The notes under the pieces are model-generated. The model had not been told where the DNA came from. It worked only from the letters and a program-made list of their open reading frames with translations, and searched no databases. A program made the position numbers and the translations under genes. This document shows, piece by piece, positions 47,149 to 61,705 of a DNA stretch of 64,000 nt. Source of the stretch: Lama glama (taxonomy: Eukaryota); the NCBI GenBank assembly GCA_028534125.1, contig CM052832.1, positions 19,222,001 through 19,286,000 on the forward strand, read 5' to 3'. The first letter of the stretch is position 1; every line of letters begins with the position of its first letter.

Positions 47149-50109
47149 CTGTGAAGAGACAAAGAAGAGCCCTTGGGAAAGGTGGCTGAGGATACTTTGG
47201 AAGTGTTTAAACTGCAGAAAACTGTAACTGGCTCTTTTTAAAATAGGTTGAAAACCACATACCCTGCTTCCTTCTAGTTAGGAAAAACACAAAACAAAAC
47301 AAAACAGATATGCAGAGATAGAGGCGTGAGCTGCTGCCTCCTCCCCACTCGGTGATTCTTCCGGCTGTTTGGTCTTACTGTTTGTCGAATGGCCTAATAC
47401 ACACCTGTGTCTTTCCAGGCCTGATGCCCAGCTGTCTTTCTGGGATTTGCTCTCATCGCCAGGCTCTTGGATCCCATGTTGTTCTCTTCCCTGGACTTTC
47501 ATTGTGTTCTAATACATTCTCCATGAGTAGTTGTTTTGAAAAAGGTGCACTGAAACTGGTTTACTTTCTGGGTTTTCTGATGCTGCGTGTGTGGTGATTT
47601 TACCTTGTATTAGAGGGTGATGGAATTTGGACCTAAAACAATTTTCCTTCACAGTGCTGAGTGTGCTTCTCCACTTCTGGTGTGATTGACGAGAAGTCTG
47701 ATTCAAAGCTAGTTCTTACTCCTTTGTGGGTAGCTTTCCTTCCCACCCCCCACCAAAGTTTCTAGAATCTTTTTGTATGTTCCTGACTTTCTAAAATTTT
47801 AGCAAAACATATCTGGGTATTTCTTTTTACTCATTCTGTTCGGCAATTGGCGAAGTCTTTCAATCTGAAGAATTTAGTTATTTTCCCCTAGCTCGGAGAA
47901 ATTTTCCCCTAGTAATTATTCGATACTCCTATCTCTTCCGTCTTAATTCTTTCTTTCTAAAGCTCCTATTACTAAGATGGATATGCCCTTCACTGCAGAT
48001 TAATTGTTTCCTTTTTGAATTTCTGCCATATTTTTCATCTCTTTGTCTTTTGCTTTAAATTCTAAGAGCTCTCCTTGGTTTTGTCTTCTATCATCATTCA
48101 TGATTTTTAAAAAGATTTTGACCATCATGTGTTTAATTTCTAAAAACTCTTTCTTGCTCTCATTGCTTCATTTTCACAGAACCTGCTTCTGTTCCATAGA
48201 CCTACTATCTTCTTGGTGCTCCTGGAGGACACTGTTAGTGTCAGAAAACTCCCTTCTGTGCCCAGTGTCATCTGCTTCTTTTTGGGTCAGCTTTCTCTCT
48301 GTTCTTCCTGACCCTCTAGCATGCTGAGGGTTTTCCTCTAAGGCTGTCATGATTCTTGGCTGTTCATCTTTCTAATGAAGGACAAGGTTGATTAATTTTA
48401 ATGTGTGACATGGGTGATCTTTGCTGTTTCCAGTCTCTTCCCTGAGAGGGACAGCTACCAGCTTGGGTTTATTCTCACCTGGCAGGCTTTGCGTTAGGGG
48501 CATCCCCTGCCCCAAAGGTCAAAGGTCACCCCACTCTGGTGCACCTACCCTGACTCTTGCAGTGGTAGCCTCCCTAAGCTGGCTGCTCCATTTCTTCAGA
48601 GGTATTTTCCTGCTCAGAGCAAATGCCTCTGCTGTCTTGTATGTATTGGTGGTGGCAGTGGTGGTTGGGGGTCTGTGGGGGTTGAGAATGACCCAGAAAA
48701 TCATGCAGAAGCATAACCAATTAGTTCTGTTTCTCCCCTCCTCCCAGCCCTACCCTCCACCCCAACCATTTCCAGAAAACCTCCATCCTAAAAATGACAC
48801 ACATTTCCTCTGCAGGCTTCCCCCGGGCATGCCTCGTTTGCTTTGACTTGTCTGTTAACACAATCCCTTCTGCCCTCCAGAAGTTCATCACAATCCATGG
48901 TCCACTGGAGTCCTCCCCTCCTCCCACTCTCAGTGGACTAGTCTATAGGATTTCAGGAGAGACAAATATAGGCTTGTGCACATTCTGCCGTTGAGATTCA
49001 CACTTTTAAAATCCTCACCCCCTGTAACGCTCTCATAGTCCATTGTCTGCAACAAATCCCCATGAGCCAGGATGGCTTACTTTCTATAATTTATGACTCT
49101 AAAAATACCTATATTTAACGTAGTTAACAAGGCCCCATTCTATTTGAATCCAATTAGAATATGCGTTTATTTTTCTTGTCATATTAAATGTGATGTGCAC
49201 TTTCTCCCCTGGAATTGACCCTATGATTGTATGTACACTAAAGCCAACACGATGGATTCTTTTCAGACAAGGTGTTTTCTACTAAACTCTCCAAAATAAG
49301 AAATCCTTCTACTTTAGTTGCTTGAAGTCCTAAGAAAGAGCGCCCTCTAGAGAGCACTGTTTGCACAATCACTTTGGCAAGAATAACAACAAAATCTCCA
49401 GGACAACGGTTTCCTAGTCTGCAAACTAGCAGTAACTGGGGCACTGAAGCAACGCCAGTGCCTAGGCCCTACTCAGACAGATTCACCCTCAATCTCCTCG
49501 AGTAGGGCCCATGTATCTGTAGTTGTTAAAGACACAGGGTGGGTTAAGAACCACCGCTCTGGGACTTGAGCCACAGCTGGTGTAGACCCAAACTGTCTTC
49601 ATTGGCTGTTCGAGTCCCCAGGGTCCAAAGTCATCTCAAAAATGCAGTAAACTTTAATGTATGTCCTCTATCTAGAGACAGAGACTCCCAAGGCAATAAC
49701 AAGAACTGTATCAGAGCTCCATAAAACCTGAGTGCTGTTGGTGGCCACAAGGAAAGGCACCAGGCGTGGCCTTCAGCCGACCTGACTGCCTGCTGTGTCA
49801 GGGCAGCCACTCCAGGGCTCGGTCCTCAGGCTCTCAGGGGCCAGTGCACAGCGATGGGGCTGTGCTTCCCACCTGGGTGCTGATCTGGCTGTAACCTGAT
49901 TTTGATTCCTCAGCGGACACCCAGGAGGTTGGCTGTACCTGCTTTCTGGCCACCTCTCCTCCTTTTTTTCCCACACACAACCTCAGACCTCCATTTTCTA
50001 CTAAAATTCTGTTAAAATCCTTTCTACCAGTAGAGGCTTATCCAGGGAGCACACTGGATGCTTGGTATTACAGGGGAGTTCCTTATAAACAACGCTAGAA
50101 AGGATCATA

Positions 50110-50253
50110 TTTTATTTTACTTTGTTTATTTTATGAGGGGGAGGTAATTAGGTTTATTAATTTACTTCTATTTGGAGGAGGTACTGGGGATTGAACCCAG
50201 GACCTCGTGTATACTAAGCATGCGCTCTACCACTAGAACTAGACCCTCCCCCC
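50110..50253 (-). mobile_element. tRNA-Ala-like camelid SINE (vic-1-like)
   Basis: gggggaggtaattaggtttatt...ggaggtactggggattgaacccaggacctcgtgtatactaagcatgcgctctaccact. Confidence 0.85.
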
Positions 50254-50571
50254 ACCAGATTTTTTTTTTTTTAATAATGGAGCAAGGAGAGAAAACTCAC
50301 CTAGCTAGTAGTCTAGATTGTATTATTATTTGAACAAACAAGTCCTTCCTTGAGGAGTTTCCCTTTCCTGCTGTCTCTAAATCCTAAACATGATTTCTGC
50401 AGTTCCACATCTCCCTGCCAAGATGGTTTTTGTCAAGGATTCTTCTAGAAGGGCATTTTGTGGTCAGTGCCAACCATCACTTCAGCTGAATCACAAACGA
50501 TCTCAAAAACAAAGCCTATTTCCTTTCCTTTTAGGTGTTCCAAAAATTAAAAGAACTTTGTATTTCAAGAT

Positions 50572-50634
50572 TTTTTTTTGAGGTGGGGAAGGAGGTAATT
50601 AGGTTTATTTATTTACTCACTTTTTTTGAAGAGG
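50572..50634 (-). mobile_element. 5'-truncated vic-1-like SINE with 13-bp TSD
   Basis: Only the ggaggtaattaggtttattt tail part; TGTATTTCAAGAT (50559-50571) / TGTATTTTAAGAT (50635-50647). Confidence 0.75.
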
Positions 50635-50752
50635 TGTATTTTAAGATCTTAATTTCCGAGAAAGCAGGAGACGGAATTATCACCACTAAAAAGAGAAAAT
50701 TTAGGGAGGGCAGCAGAAGATTGACATTGAACAGATAATAAAATGAACCTAC

Positions 50753-50911
50753 CTTTTCTACTGCTTTCTCATTAATTAACGGGCCTTGAGTAGTTCTCTC
50801 TTCAAATCCGTTCCCCACGCGCAGGTTTGTTTTAATTGCCTCGGCAAATTTTTTCACAAAGGAATCATGGATGCCTCTTTGCACCAAGAAACGATTTGAG
50901 CAAACGCAAGT
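50753..50911 (-). CDS. ALDH5A1: ALDH5A1 exon 7 (catalytic Cys loop TCVC)
   Basis: Minus: tctag|ACT TGC GTT TGC...GAA AAG|gtaggt; [53 protein letters not shown]; 159 bp. Confidence 0.96.
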
Positions 50912-52556
50912 CTAGACAGAAAGAAACAAACTCACATAGATAGTTTGTTGGAAGCTATTGACCCAACCAATAAACGTGTGACTGCGGCTACCTCTGAATG
51001 TGAACGCACTTCCCCAGGGGGGTCTTGTTCTGTGTCCCACTTGCTGTGTTCCCCTCTGTGCAGGTTGGCCCTAAAGACAGAGGCACTGAATGCACATACT
51101 TCTCCAAGCTCCTCCAGAGATGCCACACCTCTGTGTTTCAACAAGTAGGCGATGATAAATATCTGTGCTCAAAAAACCCAAAAAGCCACCCATCCCAAGT
51201 TTTTTCAAATGGCTCAAATAGGGATAGGAATAAAACAACACAAGAAACTTTAAGTCCCTAAGAGATAGTGATACTATAGCAACAGAGAGCAAAGCTAGAA
51301 GAAATGTGGTCAAAGACACATCGGTGAGCTTTTTAAACCTCTCAAGCATGTGGCAGAATCTGACATTTTGAAAATGGACACAGGACCATTCTTCCATGTC
51401 AGCCTAAATTATTGAAAAGTCCCTTGATTATTTTTTCTAATTAGATCTAATATTTTAAAACTATATAACATAACCACATTACTGGAAATGTAGTTATCCT
51501 TGATACTTTTTTTTCTTGGCTTTTTTCTTAGTCATGTATTTTTCTAGTAGAAACAAGTATATAGATAATTTTATGTCCTATGCATTTTTATTGGCTTAAA
51601 GTGACATACCCCAATGTTGTACCTTTATAACTCTGAAGGCTTCACACTTTCATGTTTCTAAAAGGAAACATATCCATTTCTGAAGCAACCAAGTTTATTT
51701 AGATTATGTGAAAGGAGAAAAATTAATTATCAAAGGCTAAAACAAGGATGAAAACTATATAATATAGAATATTATATATTTCACCTTTTTCCCCCCAGAT
51801 AACCTTTTAGGAATTTTTATTCCATGTCTGGAATATATTTAAAACCGCTTACTGATGGACTCTAAGACAAAGTGCTTAAGAATAATGTATACAAATCCAG
51901 GATCCTGACAACAGCTTGGATGGAAACTGGGAGACTGGGCCCTTGGTTCACAGTCCCGATCCTTAGCAGAGGTGGGTCTTCAGCCCAAGGATGTATGACT
52001 TTAAGTCAGTTCGTCTTTCTAGAGTCTCATGTCTTCAGCTGTCAGATTCGAGGTTTGTATCAGATAACTTGGGAGGTGCCTTCCCAGATCTAATGCTCCA
52101 GGGTTCCCTAGGAGGGTGTGAGCTCAGGCCACCACTCTCCCAAGGACAACCTGGACCTGCCTTGGGTCACCGTGGTATGTGCCTTTTGCAGTGGGCACCT
52201 GTCACGCCCCCACCACCTCCGGGAGAGTGAGACCCAGGCAGTGAGGTTTTGAGTTTTTCAAGGCTCCATTTCAACATTTTTCTACCTTCTTTTCCTTAAG
52301 ACTATAGCCCTCAGACCCTAAGTGTTCAGGCTGTTTTGTGTCTGAAGGGGATGATTAAACCTCTTCAGTAGAAAAAAGCCCCAAGAGGGGAAAGCGGTGA
52401 AAATAACCAGATTCAAAGAGGAGAGGAGGGAAGAGGAAGAGAACAATTTGACTGAAAGGCATCTGCTGTTTGGGAGGTTCCTGAGGACGCGGATGCTACC
52501 TTTTTCTCTTCGGATCCTCTGAGTCTAGCAGAGTCCCAGCTGAGAGAGGGCACTCA

Positions 52557-52871
<315 letters not shown>

Positions 52872-55800
52872 TCAATGACAAAACCAACTCTCTGGACTGG
52901 TGAGCCTTTGTTTTAAAAAAATTACCCCATAGTGGAAAAAGCCAGGTGCACAGTAATGTATGCAGGATGATAGTTTGTGTAAGAAAAGGGGGAAATAAGG
53001 ATATATATATACACACATATATATATGTGTGTGTGTGTGTGTACATATTTGCTTGTTTTGGTAAAGAAACACTGGGGAAGATAACAAGAAACTAAAAGCA
53101 ATTACTTATAAAAGGGAGGAAATCAGGGAGAAGGGTGAGGGTGAGATTTCTGAATATAAACATGGTTATATTGCCCTGGTTTCTGAACTGTGTAAATGTA
53201 TGACCTAGTCCAAAAAATTACAATAAATAGGCTTAAAAATCATATGTAGAGCTAAGATAATATAGAGAGAAAATAATAAAATCACCCAGAATCCCACCAC
53301 CCATAGCTGACTACTGATACAACTTTAAGGTACATCCGTCCAGAATTTGGCCACACACACTGGTTCATGTATATGTACTCTTTTTTGTTTTTTAAGAAAA
53401 TAGGATGGTTAAAAAAACAACAACAGATGGCAGTTTTTTTGAATACTTTCATTGCGCTATGGTTCTTATGCAGTAAACTATACACATTTCAGATGTACAG
53501 TCTGATGAATTTTGATAGGTGTATACACTAATGAAACCACCACCACAATCAAGATAGCTAACATTTCCATCACTCCGCAAGAGGTACAAATTTCAAATTC
53601 CTCATTTATCCCTTCCCACCTACTTTAAGTTATGCAGTTTTATAACCTGGTTTATCTTCCCAATTACTCATATATCCGGAACATCTTAACATGCTCACAA
53701 AACTTTATATCCTGCTCCTTTAACATAGTACTATAATATGAAGATTCTCTCATGTCAGCATGTGTTTCCAGAGCATTCCTTTAAATGCTTGCCTCGTATT
53801 CCACTGCTTAGCCGTTCCATCATTAATTTATTTAGCCCTCATCTGTTGGAAATTTAGGTTGCTTCTAATTTCTTGCTATTAAAAACAACACTGCAGTCTT
53901 TCCCTCAGAATAAATGAGCAGAAGTATAATTGCTAGGTCAGTGCACAACTGTAAGGCTTTTTCATACTTGTTTTTTCATACTTTTTCATAATTGTTAAGC
54001 TTTAAATATCCAGTAAGAGTCTCATGCCCTAGGAAAGCTGCCCAGGGATGTCTGCTTTATTACAGGATAGCAGGTCTTTGTCCGGTCAGAGCTACAGGAA
54101 AGATGGAACCACTTGGATGGTGCATGTGAAACAGACGCAGTCACAAGCCCAGGGTCACTCCAGGAATGGTCCCCATGAAGCACACCCTGAGGCCGTGGGC
54201 TTTACGATCAGGCCCTTAGTCAAAATTCAGCACGGCTGGAAAGCTGCTTCGGTATTTCTCTGTGTGCCCAGATATTACTATTTCAGCAATGAACCAGAAA
54301 TAACCACCTTCTCAATGAAACGTTACTAGTCAACAAATTGTACAAGTTTTACGATTACACATATTTCTTTATTGGACTCATGATAGCTGTTTTCTTTTGA
54401 ATTTTTAAAAACTGTTCTCTGCTAGGCAGTTGGATTTTCCTGACTTTGCTTGCTCTTGGGTCTCTCGCCTCTGCCCAGCCTCGGGCTCAGGACCTGTGTC
54501 CTCCGACCGTATCTTCTTCGCACTCAGTGCCCGTGGTGATGGCTTGAGCCTGGCTCTGGCCTGTGTGGCCCCTGTGGCACTGCGTGCATACCTGTTATGT
54601 CTTAAGGAATCCTTTCCTCTCTGGCTCCCCCTGCTGACCTTCTCAGGACCTCAGCTTCCAAAGCCCTAGAGAGGGAATGTGACTGCCCACCTCATCACCC
54701 TCTGCCAGGTTGCCTGCCCTAGCTTACTGGCCAGCCTACAAATCTGTTTCCCTTGGGTCAAATGACCACTCACGGTTGAATTTGCTGTTGGGGGAGAGAC
54801 AAGGTATCATGTGCTATAAAAATGGCTGCTGTCCCCTCAACAGGCCCTGGGGGTGGGGGAGTGGTCCCCCTGGAAGGCGGTGAGGCCAGGGCAGCATCTC
54901 CAGAACAGGCTGACTATCTGAGATTCGCTTAGAGGCAAGATCCTATGTCCTGAGATCAGGAGCTCAGGCACTGTTTCTCTGCCAAGATCAGCTCAGAAGA
55001 GGCCCTGGGGATAGAGGATGGTTATTCCTTTCTTAGTGATTCCCATCCCTTTTTCCTACAAGCCACTTCAAGTGAATCATTGTCCTGTGTAAATAAGAGG
55101 CACAACTGGACTTGGCAGGAACGTGGTCGGCATTTTCCTGGGGGTCTGTTCGATGGGACAGTTTGCCGAGCAGAGTGAGGGAAGCAGTGAATAGGCAGCC
55201 TTTGCCTGGCACCTGGGACTTTCTCTGGTCTCAATGGCAAAGATTCACAAGCTTTTCTCCCAGGCCTCTCTCTTTTTCTCTAACTACCTCATAGTGACAT
55301 TTGAAACCCTCTGAGAGTAAGTTTGCACCACAAGATCCATTGATCAGGGTGGTGGCAGCTTGCAGAGCTAAAATTCCTGCCTCTGAAATGAATGAATGGT
55401 AGGCTTCACATGGCATGACAAATGTGGTTATGGTTGGGAGTGACTAAAATTGCTTTATTCCCTCCCATTTTGCATAGCGTCAAAAAATGACTCATTTCAC
55501 CAAAACTTTCAGATTAGATTTGTATTATTTTTACCTGATACATGTTTATAGATGTCTCTAGCATGAGTAGATATGTATGGAGATACATAAACACTAGCAG
55601 AAAAAAAGTATACTATCTGGAGAGAAACACCATAAATAAGAACTTCTCTTCTACTCTGCCTTTTTTATCTTTTGAACATTTAAAAGGAGAAATAAAAATG
55701 CACTCACAGGTGCCATACGAGATTTCGGGGAAAGAACTTTTCAACGTTTAAGGGGAAAAAGAAAGATCTTTCTGTTTCTGTAAGTACCTTTATACTAAAT

Positions 55801-56156
55801 GCAATTTTTGTTCAATTCTAAGACATCCATTTCCTTAATTCTAGATTAGGAAAGAAACATGCATTCAAGTTATGCGAATACAATGGACAGCTTTCAGCCA
55901 CTCCCCATGCAACAAATAATGGGAACCTCGACTTCCCCTGTGCCTTCGGTTTTGTCAAACAGGAACCTACGTCATGTCACAGAAAGGAACCCCATCTGAA
56001 ATATCTCCAGACGGTGATCAGACATTATGTTGTCGAACAGAGCTTTCAACACTCTGCTGGTGTTAAGTCTTGATCGAGATGAAACAGTGTTCTGATTCTC
56101 TATAAAGAGAAGATGTTAGGATAACAGTTGTTTTCTTTGAGACCTAAGTCACATAC

Positions 56157-56300
56157 CTTTCCGGTGGCTGTTGAGCCAGTAAAGGAAATTTTGGACACCA
56201 GAGGATCCGTGCAAAGTGCTTCGCCTACTTCCTTGGCCTTCTTTCGAGAACAGGGAATAACGTTGTATACACCCGGAGGGATTCCAGCCTGGTCTGCGAG
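56157..56300 (-). CDS. ALDH5A1: ALDH5A1 exon 5 (NAD-binding FTGST motif)
   Basis: Minus: tatag|CTC GCA...GGA AAG|gtatgt; [48 protein letters not shown]; 144 bp. Confidence 0.96.
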
Positions 56301-56419
56301 CTATAAAGAGAAACAGCAAACATGTGGCAGCAAATGATCAAACTGGAAAAACAGAAAAGAGAAATAAATAGATGTTTTAATCCAAAAAGTAATGGGAAAA
56401 AAAAATAACTAGGCTGACT

Positions 56420-57795
56420 TTGGAAACAGAATACATTTGGAACTGAAATAAGATTATTTAAGTGCTAAGGTGACATTAATATTAATGTGTCGTTGGAAGT
56501 TTCTGTAAGAATTTACGCGATATTTTATTGTGCGTGTGTGTATACATATATGTATATTTCTTAGCCCTGCCACAAAGAGGTCTAGAAACAATGACCAACC
56601 AGTAGCAATGACCATCCTTAGTTCTCCAAGTGTAGTCTTAAAATATCATTTCCTACCAGAGGAAACAAGGGCTTTCTGCAGAAATGGTTAATCCCAGGTC
56701 TGGGCAAGAAATATCTATAATAAGCCTGAAATATCTCGTCATTACTAGATAGCAAGGAAAGTCTCAAAACTATTAACGTTAAAATACTAGAGAGCCGACT
56801 TGAAGAGGCTGCCATTGTCCAGAAATGGGGGCAGTCTGCTTCATTAAGGGTCATAACTGCAAAAGACTGAAAGTCATCAAATATGTTAAAATCTACTTAG
56901 CATATAATGATACTTAAAAAACAAACTAACTGAGAACATCTGGCAGATGACAGGAATAGATTCATTAATTTGAAAAACTGGTAAATAAAAAGAATCAAGC
57001 ATACTGCCTTTCCCATGTGAATTTACCACTGGGGAACCAAATAGGAGATGATGCATGGCTTTGATTCATAGAAGTGGTCTGGTGAATAAATGACAGAAAA
57101 AGGAAAGAATTCAAAAATCTCCATTTTCGTAATTCCTAATGAATAAATAGACTGTGCAGCATTGCGCAGCAATGAATGCAAACATCTCAAAAATGGAGAC
57201 ACCCAGACATTATGTGCCTCCTGACAAAAGGACACAAAACGGAATCAGACCCAAGTGTGAAGAAGCATCTGGATGCAGCTGCCCGTCTGTGGGAAGTGCA
57301 GCAGACACAGGAACAAGGCTCAGACTGTGGGGAGCGCTACTGGTCAAATGTCCAGTTTCTTCAACAGATCAATTGAAAGGACGAGTACAGGATGGAGGGG
57401 AACCTGCAGCATCGAAGAAACTCACAAGACGTTCCAAATTTTAAAAAACGAGTAAGACTTTAATTCCTGCAGAGGCACACCCGGGTGACAAATGATTACC
57501 ATACAAATCAAGACGGGCTATTCTGGAGGGAGGTATGATTCAGATAGGACAGGCAGAGTCCTTCTGGAGCAGGTGGCAAAGTTTTTGTTTTTTTTTTTAA
57601 CAGAGTTAGTGGGGACTAAACCCAGGACCTCGGGCATGCTAACCATGCACCTGCCACTGAGCTATACCACACCCCCTCAAAGTTCTTTTTCTTAACCAGA
57701 TGATGGTTACGAGGGTATCCAAGTTATAATAATTCATTCAGCTATGCATTTGTTTCGTGTGGTTTCTCTGTATTGGCTTTAGTTTACAATTAAAA
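56420..57795 (+). mobile_element. Old L1MC-like 3' UTR fragments
   Basis: aaatatcatttcc.accagaggaaacaagggct...aaatggttaatcccaggtctgggcaag; approximate. Confidence 0.55.
57584..57677 (-). mobile_element. tRNA-Ala-like camelid SINE (short form)
   Basis: cccaggacctcgggcatgctaaccatgc...ccactgagctatacc; TSD CAAAGTT 57577-57583 / 57678-57684. Confidence 0.75.
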
Positions 57796-58544
57796 AAAAG
57801 ACATTGATGGGATGCACGTACTTTATGATTGTTTTATGATGTCTCCACTTTGAAGGTGGAGACAGGACAGAGCAAGGTTAGCTGCTTCACCCGGGCAACA
57901 GAGAAATCCTCAGAGTTTCTAGGCCTTCACTAAAGACCTGTCATTTTCTGTTGGTCTAAGAAGCTGTGTTTTTCCTTTGAAATAATCTCTCCATTTATAG
58001 AGGCTTTAAAATATGTGCTCTATAACCTTTCCAATCAATTCAAGTGTTGTGCTTTCAAATAAATTTCGCAAGCAGGTGGGGTCTAACATCAAAGATTGGT
58101 TCAGCCTCTAAACATAATTTGTAGGAAGTACACCATTAACTATATCTATGCTCAGGAGTCTAATAAAAAGGCTAACTTATGTCATGCAGATTTACAAATT
58201 ATTTCAAGGAAAACTGTAACAGCCCATCTTAAAAAAAAAAAAGTCTTCCACTCCATTAACTTTTCTGTGCGAGGAAAACAACCAGTCTGCCTCTGAAAGG
58301 AGGTGCCCTTGGGTGAAGTGCCCTTAAAGGAGACAGGTTTCTAGTCACTGGGTCTGCAGCTGCACCGGGTCCATGAGAGCCTAGGACAGCGGACACAGAA
58401 TGGCCACTGCTGTGAAGATGGTAGTGCTGGCCTTTTGGAAGCCCCTGTATCTAACCACAGGGCAAACGGCCAGGGCAGGAGCACGGGGACCTACGGAAGG
58501 AAGAAGGCTGAGGTGATGAGGTCCCTCCCCCTCCCTCCCACTGG

Positions 58545-59110
58545 CTGAGTGCCTCTGCATCCAGGCACAGTGCTAGGCTCTGGCACACAGCAGTGAGGGA
58601 ACAGAACAGATCCAAGTCCCCATCTGAGCTCAGCTTACATTCTTGTGGGATAATTATCAAAACAACGAAGTAAGACACCTGTCAGGTACGGGAAGAGGAA
58701 TAAAGCAGGGAAGGGGATGAGGAGCGAGAGAGCTCAAGCCTGTGATTTTCAAACAGGGTGGCGGGGGAGCAGGGGAGGCCTCAGGAAAGGTGGCATTTGA
58801 ATAAAGACGGGAAGAAGCGAATCATGGGTGTACTTGGGGGAGAACTTTCCAGAGGGAAAAGCGAGTGTCAAGCTGCATCGAAGGTGAACCTGGTGTGGCC
58901 TGGGGAGCAGCAGGGGCCCCAATGGCCGGAGCAGAAGAGTAAGGGGTCTGGAGTGACTGAGAAGGGCGGTGGGTAGGAGAGGTTGAGGGATGGGGAGGCA
59001 GCATCTCACTGGGCCTTGAAGGCCACCGCAGGAAGTCTGGATTTTACTCTGAGTGACATGAGAAGCCGTTAGAGGCTTTTGGACAGAAGGACAAGATCTG
59101 ACTGAATGCA
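58545..59110 (-). mobile_element. L2 fragment
   Basis: ccaggcacagtgctaggctctgg..cacagcagtgag...ggattttactctgagtga.atgagaagcc.ttagagg.tttt. Confidence 0.65.
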
Positions 59111-59452
59111 CATTGACCTGGAGAAGGGGTGGTAGGTAAGAGGTGCCTGAATGTGAGAAATGCCCACATTTTGGTCACATTACTAAGACTAAATAAAAAC
59201 AATGGGTACATATTTTTAGGGAAGCCTAAAAAATACACTGCCTACAGATGTCAGAACCCAGCCTCACCCATGTTTTTTTCTAAAAGGAGCAACATCTGGA
59301 TTAAAAATCATGCCTAGTGAATTAGAACATAGCACCATCCTGCATGAGATGCAGGCAAAGAAGGAGGCTTGGAAAGTGCTTCGTTCAGTCCGGGATAAAC
59401 ATCCTTTCTTGGACTCTGTCGGCTCTGCGCAGTCGCAGCGCCAGAGGCTCAC

Positions 59453-59569
59453 CTCGGCCAAGGCCAGGGCAGAGAAGGGCGTGTCCTCCGCAGGTTTCAC
59501 CACGACGCTGCAGCCGGCTGCCAGGGCGGCCCCCACCTTGCGCGTGATCATGGCGCTGGGGAAGTTCCA
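59453..59569 (-). CDS. ALDH5A1: ALDH5A1 exon 4
   Basis: Minus: tccag|TGG AAC TTC...GCC GAG|gtgagc; [39 protein letters not shown]; 117 bp. Confidence 0.96.
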
Positions 59570-59802
59570 CTGGATCAGAAGAGAGAGGAAGTGAGTGAGA
59601 GGAAGGCCTGGCCCCTCGTCCAAGGGCAGGCAGGTCTGGAAGTCAGCCAGCAAACTCCTTTGCACAAGTGACCGGCAGGGCTGTTCTGGCACAGGTAAGC
59701 TCTCAGAACGCCTGGCACCTACCGACTTCAGGGACGGGGGAGACAAAGGCTCATGAAGACAGGAACATTTTCAGAGTTTAAAACAGTATGAAATGATCTA
59801 CC

Positions 59803-59990
59803 CTGGGGGATGGCCAACTTCTCCTGTAAAGGGCCAGGTAGTAAATATTTAAGGCTATGTGGGATATCCAGTTACGGTTACAACTACTCAGTCCCACAGA
59901 CAATATGGGTGTGGCTCTGTCCCAATAAAACTTTATTTACAAATACAGACAGCAGGCTGGATGTGGCCTGAGGGCCGCAGTTTTCAGACT
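59803..59990. mobile_element. MER58A-like hAT element
   Basis: ggccaacttctcctgtaaagggccaggtagtaaatattt.aggct...ccaataaaactttatttacaaa...gggccgcagttt. Confidence 0.8.
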
Positions 59991-60114
59991 TTGGGAGAAA
60001 AGGTTAACAAAGGTGATTTTGAAAATGGCAGATGATGTATTACTTCCCTCTCTATATATTTACAGATCTCTATGGACATCTGTGTATCTGCAGTAACAAC
60101 ATTTTATTTTGACA

Positions 60115-60320
60115 AAAATTTGTATAGTGCTTATTCTGTGCCAGGCATTGTTCTAAGCACTTTCAAGTGATAATTAAGTCCTCATCACAACCCGGTGAGG
60201 TTGGTGCAATTCTCCTTATTTGCAGGTTTGGAGAAAGTGAGACAGAGCAGTTAAGTAACTTGCTCAAGGTCACACAGCTGGTGAAGAGTGGAGTTTGTGT
60301 CAAACCTGGTCAGTCTAGGC
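60115..60320 (-). mobile_element. MIR SINE
   Basis: tgtgccaggcattgttctaagcacttt...gttaagtaacttgctcaaggtcacacagctgg. Confidence 0.75.
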
Positions 60321-60727
60321 AGGAAGGGGACGTCTCTCTGTAACTGTGGTGAGCAGGGAAAGAAGAGGAGGCCTGAGACCAGCTGTCAGACACTGTAGAG
60401 GAGTTTATATGGGACCTAGGGGAAGGTAGACCCAAGAAAGGCAGCTCATCAGGAGAAAGCTGGGCACCCCACAAGTGTACTGCAGCCCCAACCTGGCAGA
60501 GGCAATGTCTTATTTCTTAGTCTTTTTACTTCCTTTTTACTTCCCACCGCCTACTAGTAGGTACAGAAATACTTTGCTCTTGATGTCTGCAAATTAAACA
60601 TAAAATTTTCTCAAAAGTATGGCACATTAGAAAAAGTATTATATCTTAAGTCTTAAAACAAATGATAAATACCAGAAAAACTTTTTAGATGTACTAGGCA
60701 GTGCCAAGAAGCCTTTATGCCAAGTCA

Positions 60728-61138
<411 letters not shown>

Positions 61139-61619
61139 CTAAATTAAATCAGAAAAGGACACTTTCATCACCTTCTTATAATAAAGCATGATTCTGCATT
61201 TCTAAATACTTCAAGGCTGCAAGCAGAGTAGAAAAGTTTCCCATTACAAAACCCACCGGGTAGTTGAGAAATTTCTAACCTCAGTGTGAGTCTTGGAAAG
61301 CAGAATTACAAATAGTGATGGAAGGATGTCTGCCAGGCCACCCTGAATCACAACTGAGCGTCATTTGCATTCTCAATATGTTTACAATGAGGAGGAGACA
61401 GCAAGAACTGCCTCTCCTAATTTTTTTTCTTCTAATCTCTTCTCAATGTTGTGACTTGTGATGCAATTTGTTAGAGCAACCAAAAAAAAAAAAAAAACCT
61501 GATACCTTTTAAAATGTACAAAAACCACATAAAAAACAACCAAAACATTGAAAAAAACTGCATTGATGAAAAAGCAGTATTCACATAGTTCCCTCAAAAT
61601 CTACCTCTCACATACTATG

Positions 61620-61705
61620 TTTTTCTTTTTTAAAAAATTTAAGTATAGTCAGTTTACAATGTTGTATTAATTTCTGGTGTACAGCATAGTGTTTCAGTTA
61701 TACTT
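61620..61705 (-). mobile_element. Short lineage L1 3' stub
   Basis: aagtatagtcagtttacaatgttgtattaatttctggtgtacagcatagt. Confidence 0.7.

Noticed and set aside
48421..48846. 141-aa hydrophobic ORF antisense in ALDH5A1 intron 7
   Set aside because: Non-ATG start, no recognisable homology, adjacent to decayed repeat sequence.
56301..59452. Search for the short alternative ALDH5A1 exon known in human intron 4
   Set aside because: Could not identify a supported candidate by eye.
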